64,000 nt of DNA from a bacterium (GCA_018401295.1 JAGYLJ010000001.1:27901-91900); one strand, 5' to 3'. Positions 30,021-39,116 are shown, numbered from the stretch's first letter. The notes: generated by a model from the letters alone, not told the origin. Made by a program: numbers and translations.

Positions 30021-30181
30021 TTTCTTACAGAACAGTATACCTTTTGGATATTTTTTTCGTCTTCAACTCAAAAATATCTCAAAAGCTTTTCGAGTCCTGC
30101 TACGGAAAGAAAAAGTAAAAACCCCAATGCTCAATCGCATTGGGGTTTAACTTTCTCTAGCTCCCCGAACAGGTTCAGAAC
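30003..30181. repeat. Folded junction element, copy 2
   Basis: gcagggctc pairs with gagtcctgc around ttttggatattttt/aaaaatatctcaaaa; then a perfect 12-bp stem aaaccccaatgc/gcattggggttt. Confidence 0.75.
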
Positions 30182-30344
30182 AAAAATATACAGGACACCG
30201 CAAGGTTTTTTGAGATACTTATAGATATGGATCGGAGGCAGACGGGTCGGTCTAAGCAAAAGTAAAATGGGACAAATGAGACACTTCCTGAGGTTTTTTA
30301 AAAAAATGAATATATTCTGTTTTTGTTATATAATAAGTTCTATT

Positions 30345-31205
30345 ATGGCTGAAAATGACAACAAAAGAAGATATTATTCTCAAAGAACAGGTAAAAGAAG
30401 TATAGAGATGGATTTAGATGCTTTAAAAGCTATTTTTTCTAATTTGTATACAGATTTTTTAAATAGGCAGTACTTTGATGAATATTTCGGTAAAGACTGT
30501 CCTGACGATCAAAGTCTAGGAATAGTTGGTGATCCACAAGCATATGTTCTTAGAAAATTAAGAAAAAATAATTTGTGGCCGATAGAAAAAAAATATTTAG
30601 AATATACCGAAGAAGATCTTTTTGATATGATCGAATTTCTTTTTGACCATATTTCTCACCCAATATTAGATAGTGATGCTCATTATCATGATTTTTGTAA
30701 TTGTGGTTATCATTATAAAAATTTTGATAAAAAATTAGCACAAATTGAATATGTAGAAAATATAAATGAATTTTTAAATGATTACGGGGATGGTTATGAA
30801 TTAAATCATAATGGAGAAATCTACTCGCTTTTAAAAGAAGAATTTCGTCCTTTATTAAGTGCTTCGATTCCGACAAATGAAACTGACAATGTAGAGAAAA
30901 AAGTTAGAAAAGCTGTTGATAAATTTAGACGATATGGTTCTACTTTAGATGAAAGAAGAGAATCTGTTAGAACCTTGGCTGATTGCCTTGAATATGTACG
31001 TTCAGATTTAAAAAAGGTGCTTACTAATAAAGATGACGGGGACTTGTTTAATATTGCAAATAATTTTGGTATTAGGCATCATAATGACAAACAAAAAACA
31101 AATTATGATCAGAATATTTGGTTAAGTTGGATGTTTTATTTTTATCTTTCAACAATCCACGCAAGTCTACGTCTTATAGATAAACAAAAGAATGTTAATA
31201 AATAG
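30345..31205 (+). CDS. AbiJ-like protein with probable C-terminal HEPN-type domain
   Basis: N-terminal YYSQR.G, DLFD.IEFL and GYEL...GEI; C-terminal LADCLE.VR...LFNIANNFGIRHHN. ATG30345 preferred. Confidence 0.55.
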   Translation: MAENDNKRRYYSQRTGKRSIEMDLDALKAIFSNLYTDFLNRQYFDEYFGKDCPDDQSLGIVGDPQAYVLRKLRKNNLWPIEKKYLEYTEEDLFDMIEFLFDHISHPILDSDAHYHDFCNCGYHYKNFDKKLAQIEYVENINEFLNDYGDGYELNHNGEIYSLLKEEFRPLLSASIPTNETDNVEKKVRKAVDKFRRYGSTLDERRESVRTLADCLEYVRSDLKKVLTNKDDGDLFNIANNFGIRHHNDKQKTNYDQNIWLSWMFYFYLSTIHASLRLIDKQKNVNK

Positions 31206-31206
31206 G

Positions 31207-32259
31207 TTATTTTATTAATTTAACTAAATCATCTTCTTTTTCATAGACTCGGAAGCGACCAGAAAGAATGCCGAGTCTATAATTTATACCTTCACTCATT
31301 AACCCCCAATTAGTTTCTTTTAGTTTCTCTTTTAATAATTTTTTAAGGTTAGCGGAGCTTTCATATTCATTTTCTGTTTTTGAATCTTCGAGAGTAAAAG
31401 ATAAAGAAACTATTCTATCCATATCTGGTTTATCAAATATAAGATTTGAGTAATGAGTATCTTTTAAAATACTTACAATAAATTCTTTAAATTGGGGAAT
31501 TGTAAGTTTCTTTAATTTACCAACCTTATCATATAGATCTTTATTCTTCTCTTTTTCTTTGTGTTTATCAATTATTTCAGATAGACCTTCCATTCTTCTC
31601 TTAAAATCTAAATATTTATATCCTTTTTCTTCACTTAAGCAAAAACGAGCTTTATCTTTTTCAAAGTTGGGATCGGGTTTTTCTTTTTTAGTTCTCAGAT
31701 CAAATTTATCTATAAATGAATGATCACACTTAGTACAAATATATTTTGTTATGGCAATTTTATTCTTAACCTTTTCTGGTTCACGTGTCATTTCAGAATT
31801 ACATTTTTCACAAAGAGTTGGTGTTGATTTCCAAACCTCACCATTATCAAAAACTCCTTTATTATGCAAACATTTATTTGGACAAACAAAAAAGAAAAGA
31901 ACTCTGTCGTCTTTGTCTCCCCAAAGATGTTTACTTTCAGACTCCATTAAGGAATTACAAGTGCCACATCTTATTAACTCTGGGGGAGGAGTTTCTTCTA
32001 ATAATCTGTCTCTTTCTTCATCTCTTTGCATCCATTTATTTATAACTTCTTCTTTCTTTAAATATTTTTCTCCTGTTATGAAATGTAATTGAAATTCAAA
32101 AAGAGACGCTAACTGTCTTTTTGAAAGGTTTTTACCTTTGTGTTTGGGAGGTTTGTGTTTTGGATCAAACCAAAGTTTTTCCATATCACGACAATAACTA
32201 ATAGTTGTTTTATCATATAAATCAGAATATTCTTGTTTTGGTTTGAGATATTTAATCAT
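31207..32259 (-). CDS. Hypothetical protein with two zinc ribbons
   Basis: CGTC...CPNKC and CEKC...CTKC motifs; last gene of the leftward operon. Confidence 0.75.
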   Translation of the reverse strand: MIKYLKPKQEYSDLYDKTTISYCRDMEKLWFDPKHKPPKHKGKNLSKRQLASLFEFQLHFITGEKYLKKEEVINKWMQRDEERDRLLEETPPPELIRCGTCNSLMESESKHLWGDKDDRVLFFFVCPNKCLHNKGVFDNGEVWKSTPTLCEKCNSEMTREPEKVKNKIAITKYICTKCDHSFIDKFDLRTKKEKPDPNFEKDKARFCLSEEKGYKYLDFKRRMEGLSEIIDKHKEKEKNKDLYDKVGKLKKLTIPQFKEFIVSILKDTHYSNLIFDKPDMDRIVSLSFTLEDSKTENEYESSANLKKLLKEKLKETNWGLMSEGINYRLGILSGRFRVYEKEDDLVKLIK

Positions 32260-33101
32260 TTTAATAAATAATCAAAAGTTATTTTTTTTTCTTTTATATC
32301 CATGTTTAATAATTGAAGACCTTCTAATGCTTCTGGATGACAATTCAATAAAGTTTTGTTACTCCCACAGTAACAAGATTGTTTCCCTTTGACTTTTTTC
32401 TTTTTTAATTGCTCTTTTATAGAATTAAATTTATTGATATTAGTTATCTCTGCGTCTTTTGCACAGAAAAACTTTATTGAATCTATTACTTCGAGTATTT
32501 TTGCAGAAGTTATTGGTCTTTGTATATTTTTGTATGATTGTATTATACCTAGGAAACCATGGTAATAATCTTTCCATAACCTCTTCCTTGTTTTTTCAAA
32601 ATAACTATTAGAATAAAAGAAAGGAATTAATAAATTATTTATGAAATTTCTTAAATTAAATTCATTTGGTAAATAGTACTCCTCTAATATCGGGGAACAT
32701 AAGCAAAGAGATGTGTCTTTGTTTATGTGTAGATCTGCTGGATTTATTTTATTAAATAAAGAAAAATTAATCATTCTATTACCGATTTCTTTAATTGGGG
32801 GGAATGTTGATTTTTCTTTAAAATACATTGGAATTTCAATTTCATATTGATCCTCTATTAGGTATTCATTAAAAAAATTTCCTGTTGGGTTTATTATTAT
32901 TTTCTTTGATTCTGTATTAAAACTTGCCTTAAAAATAAAATTTCCTTTTATCACATCAAAATCTTCTCCCTTAACTAAATTAAGTTCTGGGTAGTTTTTT
33001 GATAACCATTCAATTTCATCATCGTTAAGGTTTATTTTTTTAGTAGCCCCATTGTCCTGGGGTTTTAACCTCAATATTTTTTTCTCTTTGAGGGTACTCA
33101 T
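32256..33101 (-). CDS. Prokaryotic E2/UBC-like protein with C-terminal SEC-C zinc motif (start uncertain)
   Basis: YEIEI...FPPIKE...DLHINKDTSLCL...FINNLLIPFFY resembles the E2 His/Cys region; CYCGS.K....CH is a SEC-C motif. Confidence 0.6.
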   Translation of the reverse strand: MSTLKEKKILRLKPQDNGATKKINLNDDEIEWLSKNYPELNLVKGEDFDVIKGNFIFKASFNTESKKIIINPTGNFFNEYLIEDQYEIEIPMYFKEKSTFPPIKEIGNRMINFSLFNKINPADLHINKDTSLCLCSPILEEYYLPNEFNLRNFINNLLIPFFYSNSYFEKTRKRLWKDYYHGFLGIIQSYKNIQRPITSAKILEVIDSIKFFCAKDAEITNINKFNSIKEQLKKKKVKGKQSCYCGSNKTLLNCHPEALEGLQLLNMDIKEKKITFDYLLK

Positions 33102-33615
33102 TACTTTTTTTAGGTATTAATTTAGAATTATTTGATTTATCAACTTTTTTAATAGATTCGTCTACCCATTTCCCAAAATTTTCATAACCATTGTCATTTA
33201 CCCAATCATAGGTATCGGCAATCTTATCTAATGTAATACTATCTTCTATTTCAACTTCATTGAAAGGGTTTTTACCTTTAGGAGTAGTTTTTTCATCAAG
33301 ACCTTTGATATTATGGATATAAACTCCTAATAAAGCATTGCCTTTCTTGTAGCTTTCTTCTATTTCGTATTTTACCCATTCTCTTTCTGATGTTTTTTCA
33401 CCAATTAATACTACGGTAAGCGAAGTACCATTTAGTTGATCTTTAATCCAATCCTCAACAACTTTTTTACCTTTTAATTTTAGTTTTTCCCAATCAGCAG
33501 AATCTATATAGCCAGCTGATTCTCTGTCTGGTTTTGTAATCCAATGATTTCTTACAACACCAATTCTTTTTGAATCTCCTTTGTGATAAAAACTAAAAAA
33601 TACTTTTCTGACCAT
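33040..33615 (-). CDS. TIR-domain protein (ThsB/DUF1863-like) with extended C-terminal tail
   Basis: KVFFSFYH, TVVLIG.KT..R.WVKYEI (catalytic Glu), GVYIH, G.NPF and YDWV..NGY.N motifs. Confidence 0.88.
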   Translation of the reverse strand: MVRKVFFSFYHKGDSKRIGVVRNHWITKPDRESAGYIDSADWEKLKLKGKKVVEDWIKDQLNGTSLTVVLIGEKTSEREWVKYEIEESYKKGNALLGVYIHNIKGLDEKTTPKGKNPFNEVEIEDSITLDKIADTYDWVNDNGYENFGKWVDESIKKVDKSNNSKLIPKKSNEYPQREKNIEVKTPGQWGY

Positions 33616-33619
33616 ATTG

Positions 33620-34012
33620 TTATATTAAATAAATTACTAATAAATGCGCCATTAAAATACCTCCGTAAAAAATATTTAATGTTTTTGAGAATACTGCACA
33701 GGACCAATTACAATTGCATTCAAAACTTTTAGTGCTCATAGAAAAGTCAACTTTTTCATCTTCTAAATTTCTGACATAATCAAATACTTTAATAAAAAGA
33801 CGTTCTTTGAATAAGTAAAATCCATCAAGTATCCAGAAAAAGATCAATATTACAGAGGATATATATAAATAATCAGTATTTGATTCCTTAAATACCAAAG
33901 CAAAAAGAGCTCCCACCAATGTTATACACCAACCTTTCAAAAGAAATGAATTATGACCCATTCGGTTTATTGCTCCCTGTATAAATTCTAGGTGTTTGAT
34001 TTTATTGTTCAT
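33620..34012 (-). CDS. TIR-associated 3-TM membrane protein (SLATT-like effector candidate)
   Basis: KHLEFIQ.AINRM..NSFLLKGW...FWILD.FYL..ER.F. ATG34012 preferred over the track start. Confidence 0.7.
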   Translation of the reverse strand: MNNKIKHLEFIQGAINRMGHNSFLLKGWCITLVGALFALVFKESNTDYLYISSVILIFFWILDGFYLFKERLFIKVFDYVRNLEDEKVDFSMSTKSFECNCNWSCAVFSKTLNIFYGGILMAHLLVIYLI

Positions 34013-34016
34013 AAGT

Positions 34017-34262
34017 TTAATGTTTTTTGTCTTTGGGTGGGCAAGGATCTTTTCCAGGGGAAACGGTATCACTATCCCTAATAGGGCCTCCGTTTGGTTT
34101 ATGTATCCTAACCTCACCACCTCCAGAATTAGCTGATAATTCTTTTGCTATTTTTTCGGCTTCTTTTTGAGTACTTGCTGTAGCTGATGCACGGTCACCT
34201 CCGGCTTTTTTGATGTTCCATTTATCTGATCCTTTAGGATTTGTGACATGATAATTTGCCAT
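34017..34262 (-). CDS. DUF2188 family protein
   Basis: YHV....W..K..G..RAS....TQ.EA...A...GGEV.IH...G.I.D pattern. Confidence 0.85.
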   Translation of the reverse strand: MANYHVTNPKGSDKWNIKKAGGDRASATASTQKEAEKIAKELSANSGGGEVRIHKPNGGPIRDSDTVSPGKDPCPPKDKKH

Positions 34263-34278
34263 ATTTTTATTTTATTAA

Positions 34279-34944
34279 TTAATAATCTTCTTTTATTGGT
34301 TCAAAAGTATAATCATCTTGAGGTTTCATTTTTATAACATCAATCACTTTTCCAAAAATTTTAAAGTCTTCTTTCATTATTATCGGGCTGTATCCTTTTG
34401 CTTCTGGATTAAGAATCGTAGCATTTTCTGTAAAATTTATTTTTTTAACTACTGCCATATCTCCTATAATTGCAACTATTCTATCGTTTTCAGTAACATT
34501 TTCAGTAACTTTAACAAGAACGTAATCTCCATCATTGATTCCTGCGTCTTTCATACTCCCGCCAATAGCTTTTATAGCAACAAATTTGTCTTTATCATTA
34601 ATAAATTTTTTATCAATAGTGATATGTTCGTCATATGTTTTTTGAGCAAGAATATTTACATTATCACATCCTGCTGAAGCAAAAACCGGAAGAGTTACTG
34701 TAGATGTTATGTTCTCTTTTTCTTCTATCAATTCAATGTTTCTTTTTTTATACCGATTTCTTTTTATAAGTCCTTTTTTTTCAAGCGATTCAAGATATTG
34801 AGTAACACTTCTCAAAGATCGCACTTTAATTAAAGCCCTAAGTTCTTCTGTGGTCGGGGATTCTCCGTGTTCGGTAATAAAGGTTTTAATAACAGCAAGA
34901 ACCTCTTGTTGTCTTTGTGTTAAAATTCTTTTTCTTCGTTCCAT
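34279..34944 (-). CDS. lexA: LexA-like repressor (wHTH + S24 autopeptidase)
   Basis: LTQRQQEVL, SPT..EL, LEKKGLI, SAG cleavage site, G.SM..AGI.DGD and VVKK motifs. ATG34944 preferred. Confidence 0.85.
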   Translation of the reverse strand: MERRKRILTQRQQEVLAVIKTFITEHGESPTTEELRALIKVRSLRSVTQYLESLEKKGLIKRNRYKKRNIELIEEKENITSTVTLPVFASAGCDNVNILAQKTYDEHITIDKKFINDKDKFVAIKAIGGSMKDAGINDGDYVLVKVTENVTENDRIVAIIGDMAVVKKINFTENATILNPEAKGYSPIIMKEDFKIFGKVIDVIKMKPQDDYTFEPIKEDY

Positions 34945-34993
34945 TCCTATTATTTTACTATATAGGGTTTGGAAAGGCAAGTTTATTTCATAT

Positions 34994-35043
34994 ATAACCT
35001 ACACAAAGTTATCCACAGTTGCTTTTATCTTTGTTTAGGTTAT
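34994..35043. promoter_or_regulatory. Inverted repeat (candidate operator) enclosing a consensus DnaA box in the divergent promoter region
   Basis: ataacctacacaaag / ctttgtttaggttat (14/15 match); TTATCCACA at 35009-35017. Confidence 0.5.
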
Positions 35044-35155
35044 TATATGGACATAGTTTGAAGAAGATTATAAATTTAATATGGTGTGTGTCTCCACCTT
35101 AAAGACATAAAGACAACTGAATATTTTTGAAAATGTAATTAGTGAAGTTTTAAAG

Positions 35156-35213
35156 AAAACTCACATAAGAAGACGTAATGAATTTTTTAACGCCTTCTTG
35201 TGTGAGTTTTTTT
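35156..35213 (+). terminator. Terminator-like hairpin in the leader of the MTase-terminase operon
   Basis: aaaactcacataagaag...cttcttgtgtgagtttt followed by a T run, ending about 50 bp before ATG35262. Confidence 0.6.
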
Positions 35214-35261
35214 ATTTGCTTACATAAAGATGGAAACATTATAAATTAAGTAATAAAAAAT

Positions 35262-36542
35262 ATGACTATTAAAAAGAAAATTGTTTGGCACACAGAACAA
35301 AGAAAAGTTTCTGAATTAGTGCCTTATTCTAAAAATCCACGAATTTTGTCAGATAAACAACGTGAGGATTTAGAAGCAAGTATCAAAAAATTTGGACTTG
35401 CAGAAATACCAGCCATTAATACAGATAATCTTATTATTGCTGGTCACCAAAGGCTAAAGATATTATTGACGTTAGGAAAAGGTAACGAAATTATTGATGT
35501 TCGAATTCCTAATAGAAAATTAAAAAAAAAAGAATTTGAGGAATACCTACTTAGAAGCAACCGAAATCGAGGTTCTTGGGAATATGAGCTTCTTAAAGAA
35601 TTCGATATAGATTTCTTGTTAGATATTGGATTTGACGACACGGACTTGTTAAATATTTGGGATGATGTTTTAGAAATAGAGGATGACGATTTTGAAATTG
35701 ATAAAGAAATTGATGAAATACACGAAACAGATATTCAGGAAGGAAATTTTTTCCAACTAGGAGACCACTTTTTGTATTGTGGCGATAGTACTGATTTATC
35801 AGTAATTCAAAAATTAGTTGGGAAAAATAAGATAGATATGATCTATGGAGATAGTCCATATAATATTTCTTTAAATTACGACAAAGGGCTTGGAGGAAAA
35901 AGTCACTATGGTGGAAATGTGAGAGATAATTTATCTGATTCAGATTTTAAAGATTTTTTGAAAACAGTAATTTCAAACACTCTTTCTGTTGCAAAAAAAG
36001 ATGCTCATATATTTTATTGGGCAGATTCTCGGTATGTCGGAATGCTTCAAGATATCTACAAAGAATTATATATTAATTACAAGAGAACCTGCTTGTGGAT
36101 TAAGAACGGAATGAATTTGACCCCTCAGATAAGTTTTAATAAGTGCTATGAAAATTGTTTGTATGGAATAATCGGAGAGCCTTATATTGCAGATTTTCCA
36201 AAAAACTTAAATGAAATCTTAAACAAAGAAGTTGGTACTGGTAACGCAACCATTGATGACATTGTTGATCTTTTTGATATTTGGTTAGCAAAAAGATTAC
36301 CGGGATCAGAAATGGAACATCCAACTCAAAAACCTGTGACATTACACGAAAAACCCTTAAAGCGTTGTACAAAGATTGGAGATTGTGTCTTGGACCCTTT
36401 TGGAGGAAGTGGGTCCACAATGTTGGCGTGTGAACAAATGAAAAGGAAATCTTTTTTAGTCGAAAAGAGTCCAATATTTTGTCAGTTAATAATAAATAGA
36501 TATGAAAAAGAAACCGGAATCAAAACAAAGAAAATCAACTAG
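35262..36542 (+). CDS. ParB-N domain + N4/N6 DNA methyltransferase
   Basis: PYSKNPR and IIAGHQRL (ParB-N); GDST, DSPY, HPTQKPV and DPFGGSGST (beta-class MTase). Confidence 0.88.
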   Translation: MTIKKKIVWHTEQRKVSELVPYSKNPRILSDKQREDLEASIKKFGLAEIPAINTDNLIIAGHQRLKILLTLGKGNEIIDVRIPNRKLKKKEFEEYLLRSNRNRGSWEYELLKEFDIDFLLDIGFDDTDLLNIWDDVLEIEDDDFEIDKEIDEIHETDIQEGNFFQLGDHFLYCGDSTDLSVIQKLVGKNKIDMIYGDSPYNISLNYDKGLGGKSHYGGNVRDNLSDSDFKDFLKTVISNTLSVAKKDAHIFYWADSRYVGMLQDIYKELYINYKRTCLWIKNGMNLTPQISFNKCYENCLYGIIGEPYIADFPKNLNEILNKEVGTGNATIDDIVDLFDIWLAKRLPGSEMEHPTQKPVTLHEKPLKRCTKIGDCVLDPFGGSGSTMLACEQMKRKSFLVEKSPIFCQLIINRYEKETGIKTKKIN

Positions 36543-37293
36543 TTTACAAATGAAGTACGGCGATACCTTTTTGCTTGGGGAACATTTACTTGTTTACGGA
36601 AGTGCGACTGATGAAGAATTAATAAGGAAAGTTCTGAAAGATAAAAAAATTAACGCAACGATTTGTGATCCCCCTTACGGGGTAAGTTATGTTGCAAGTA
36701 AAGAAAATTTCCAAACTTTAGCTAAAAGAAAACATATTGTTGGTGATGAAATTACTTCAGATAGTGAGTATATAGAATTCAGTAAAAAATGGTTAAGTCC
36801 TGTTATTCCATTCTTGAGTAAAGATAACTCAGTGTATATCTTCAATTCAGACAAGATGATATTTGCTCTACGAACAGCAATGCTGGAATTAGGTTTTAAA
36901 TTTTCTCAATTACTAATTTGGGTAAAAGACCGTGCTGTAATTGGAAGATTAGATTATTTACCTCAACATGAGTTAATTGCTTATGGTTGGTATGGAAGAC
37001 ATCATTTCAGAAAATCAAAAAGTAAATCGGTTTTAGTTTTTCCGAAACCAAACAGGAGCAGACTTCATCCGACGATGAAACCTGTCGGGTTACTTAGACA
37101 TATCATTCTAAATTCAACGAAAATTAACGAAACGGTATATGACCCATTTGCTGGTAGCGGAACAACTTTGATTGCTTGTGAGCATACCAAAAGAAAAGCG
37201 ATCGTTATTGAATTAGATAAGGAATATTGCAGAACAATAATTAAAAGATGGGAAATATTATCAGGTAATAAAGCAGAAAAATATGAGAACTAA
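36502..37293 (+). CDS. N4/N6 DNA methyltransferase
   Basis: DPPY, HPTMKPV and DPFAGSGTT motifs. Confidence 0.9.
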   Translation: MKKKPESKQRKSTSLQMKYGDTFLLGEHLLVYGSATDEELIRKVLKDKKINATICDPPYGVSYVASKENFQTLAKRKHIVGDEITSDSEYIEFSKKWLSPVIPFLSKDNSVYIFNSDKMIFALRTAMLELGFKFSQLLIWVKDRAVIGRLDYLPQHELIAYGWYGRHHFRKSKSKSVLVFPKPNRSRLHPTMKPVGLLRHIILNSTKINETVYDPFAGSGTTLIACEHTKRKAIVIELDKEYCRTIIKRWEILSGNKAEKYEN

Positions 37294-37696
37294 ACAAGAA
37301 AGAGAAATATTGTTGAAACAGTTAGGAAAAACACCTGTAATTCAAATCGCTTGCGAAAAATCAAGTGTTCCTAGGTCAACATATTACAGATGGAGACAGT
37401 CGAGTAAAAAATTCAAAGAAGATTCTGATAAGGCATTAAGTGAAGGAAAGAAAATGGTTAACGATCTTGCAGAGTCTCAACTTATAACAGCTATTAAAGA
37501 TAGGAATTTCCAAGCAATTAAATTTTGGTTAACAAGTCATCATAAAGACTACAATAACAAATTGGAAATTACTCACAATGATAGAAATAAAGAATTATCT
37601 GAATCTCAAAAAGAACTTATTAAAAAAGCTCTTGAGCTAACTTCTGCTCATAAAAAACCAGAAATAAAAGAAAAACATGAGGACAACAGAGAATAA
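37283..37696 (+). CDS. HTH protein, putative terminase small subunit
   Basis: IACEKSSVPRSTYYRW HTH, DLAES.L and AIKFWL; overlaps the start of TerL. Confidence 0.65.
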   Translation: MRTKQEREILLKQLGKTPVIQIACEKSSVPRSTYYRWRQSSKKFKEDSDKALSEGKKMVNDLAESQLITAIKDRNFQAIKFWLTSHHKDYNNKLEITHNDRNKELSESQKELIKKALELTSAHKKPEIKEKHEDNRE

Positions 37697-39116
37697 GAAA
37701 ATCATAGAAAGTATTATTAACGATGCTGAAGTAAGAAAAAAAATAACAAAAGAAAGTCATGAATATTTTTTCTCAGTATATCTTAATAACTATATAAATT
37801 ATCCTAGTGCACCATTTCACGATGAAATGATACGAACTACTGAAAACGAAGATGAATTACTTTCGGTTATTGTGGCTTTTAGAGGGTCAGCAAAATCAAC
37901 TTTGTTTTCATTGTCTTACCCGATATGGGCGATCCTTGGGAAACAACAGAAAAAATTTGTGCTTATATTGTCTCAAACACAAATACAAGCAAGACAAATT
38001 TTATCTAATATAAAGACAGAATTAGAGAATAATAGTTTGCTTAAAAGTGATCTTGGTCCCTTTGAAGAACCTGATGACGAATGGAGATCAACATCTATTG
38101 TTTTGCCAAAATATGGAGCAAGGATAATGGTGGCTTCAACAGAACAAAGTATCAGAGGAATCAGACATAATAGTCACAGACCCGATTTGTTAATTTTTGA
38201 TGACATCGAAGATTTGTCATCAACAAGAACAATAGAAAGTAGGGATAAAACTTTTAGGTGGCTTTCAGGAGATGTCTTACCAGCAGGAGATATAAACACA
38301 AAAGTTGTTGTTATTGGAAATTTGGTGCATGAAGATTCAGTTATAATGAAATTAAAGAATAAAATTGAGAAAAAAGAAATAAGTGGAAATTTTTATTCTT
38401 ATCCGATTATAGATGATGATGGAAAAAGCATATGGCCTGGTAAGTTTCCAGATAAGAAGTCTTTACTTCAGGAAGAAAAGAGAGTGTTAAATCCTCAAGC
38501 TTGGTCTAGAGAATATTTATTAAAAATCATTCCAGAAGACGGACAAATAATCGAACTGGAATGGATCCAATATTATAATACTATGCCAAGCTTAAAATCT
38601 GATGATTATGTAGGAACTATAATTGCGATAGACCCAGCGTCTTCATTAAAACCAACGGCTGACTACACAGCCATGATTGCTGTAAGTGTATTTGATAAGG
38701 GAAAAGACCGAAAAATATATATTCATCGACAAATCATTAATGAAAGGATAACACCTCTTACAACTGCTAAAAAGGCAAAAGATTTACTAAATACCTTTGC
38801 TGTGGTTCATTCTACGAAGTTAATTGTTGAGGGAAACTGCTATCAAGTTTCACTTGCGGGGGTATTAGGACAGGAAGGGATGATTGTAGATGTTGTCTAT
38901 AGTCGATTCAGTAAAAAAGATCGTCTTATGGCTATCTCTAGTCCAATAGAAAGTGGTAGAGTTTTATTCCCTTTAAAGGGTGCAGAAAAACTTGTTGATC
39001 AACTTGTAAATTTTGGTAGTAGTCGACATGATGACTTAGCAGATGCTTTGGCTATGGCTATTCAAGCTACTGTAGAAATGAAAAAAGAAATGGAACCTGA
39101 AATATGGATTATTTAG
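37677..39116 (+). CDS. Terminase large subunit-like protein
   Basis: AFRGSAKST (Walker A), LLIFDDIED (Walker B), IAIDPA, DYTA and HDDLADA (RNase H-like nuclease). Confidence 0.85.
   Translation: MRTTENKKIIESIINDAEVRKKITKESHEYFFSVYLNNYINYPSAPFHDEMIRTTENEDELLSVIVAFRGSAKSTLFSLSYPIWAILGKQQKKFVLILSQTQIQARQILSNIKTELENNSLLKSDLGPFEEPDDEWRSTSIVLPKYGARIMVASTEQSIRGIRHNSHRPDLLIFDDIEDLSSTRTIESRDKTFRWLSGDVLPAGDINTKVVVIGNLVHEDSVIMKLKNKIEKKEISGNFYSYPIIDDDGKSIWPGKFPDKKSLLQEEKRVLNPQAWSREYLLKIIPEDGQIIELEWIQYYNTMPSLKSDDYVGTIIAIDPASSLKPTADYTAMIAVSVFDKGKDRKIYIHRQIINERITPLTTAKKAKDLLNTFAVVHSTKLIVEGNCYQVSLAGVLGQEGMIVDVVYSRFSKKDRLMAISSPIESGRVLFPLKGAEKLVDQLVNFGSSRHDDLADALAMAIQATVEMKKEMEPEIWII

Noticed and set aside
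29923..30224. Track ORFs 29923..30150, 29997..30224 and 27961..28152
   Set aside because: They are translations of the att site and folded junction elements, with no protein-like features.
33040..33615. Canonical Thoeris type I/II or CBASS
   Set aside because: No SIR2-SLOG or Macro ThsA and no CD-NTase nearby.
33620..34120. Track starts for several genes (34120, 34980, 30267, 41295, 42737, 45253, 3160)
   Set aside because: The extensions overlap neighbours or promoter-like sequence; downstream ATGs fit the family N-termini better.
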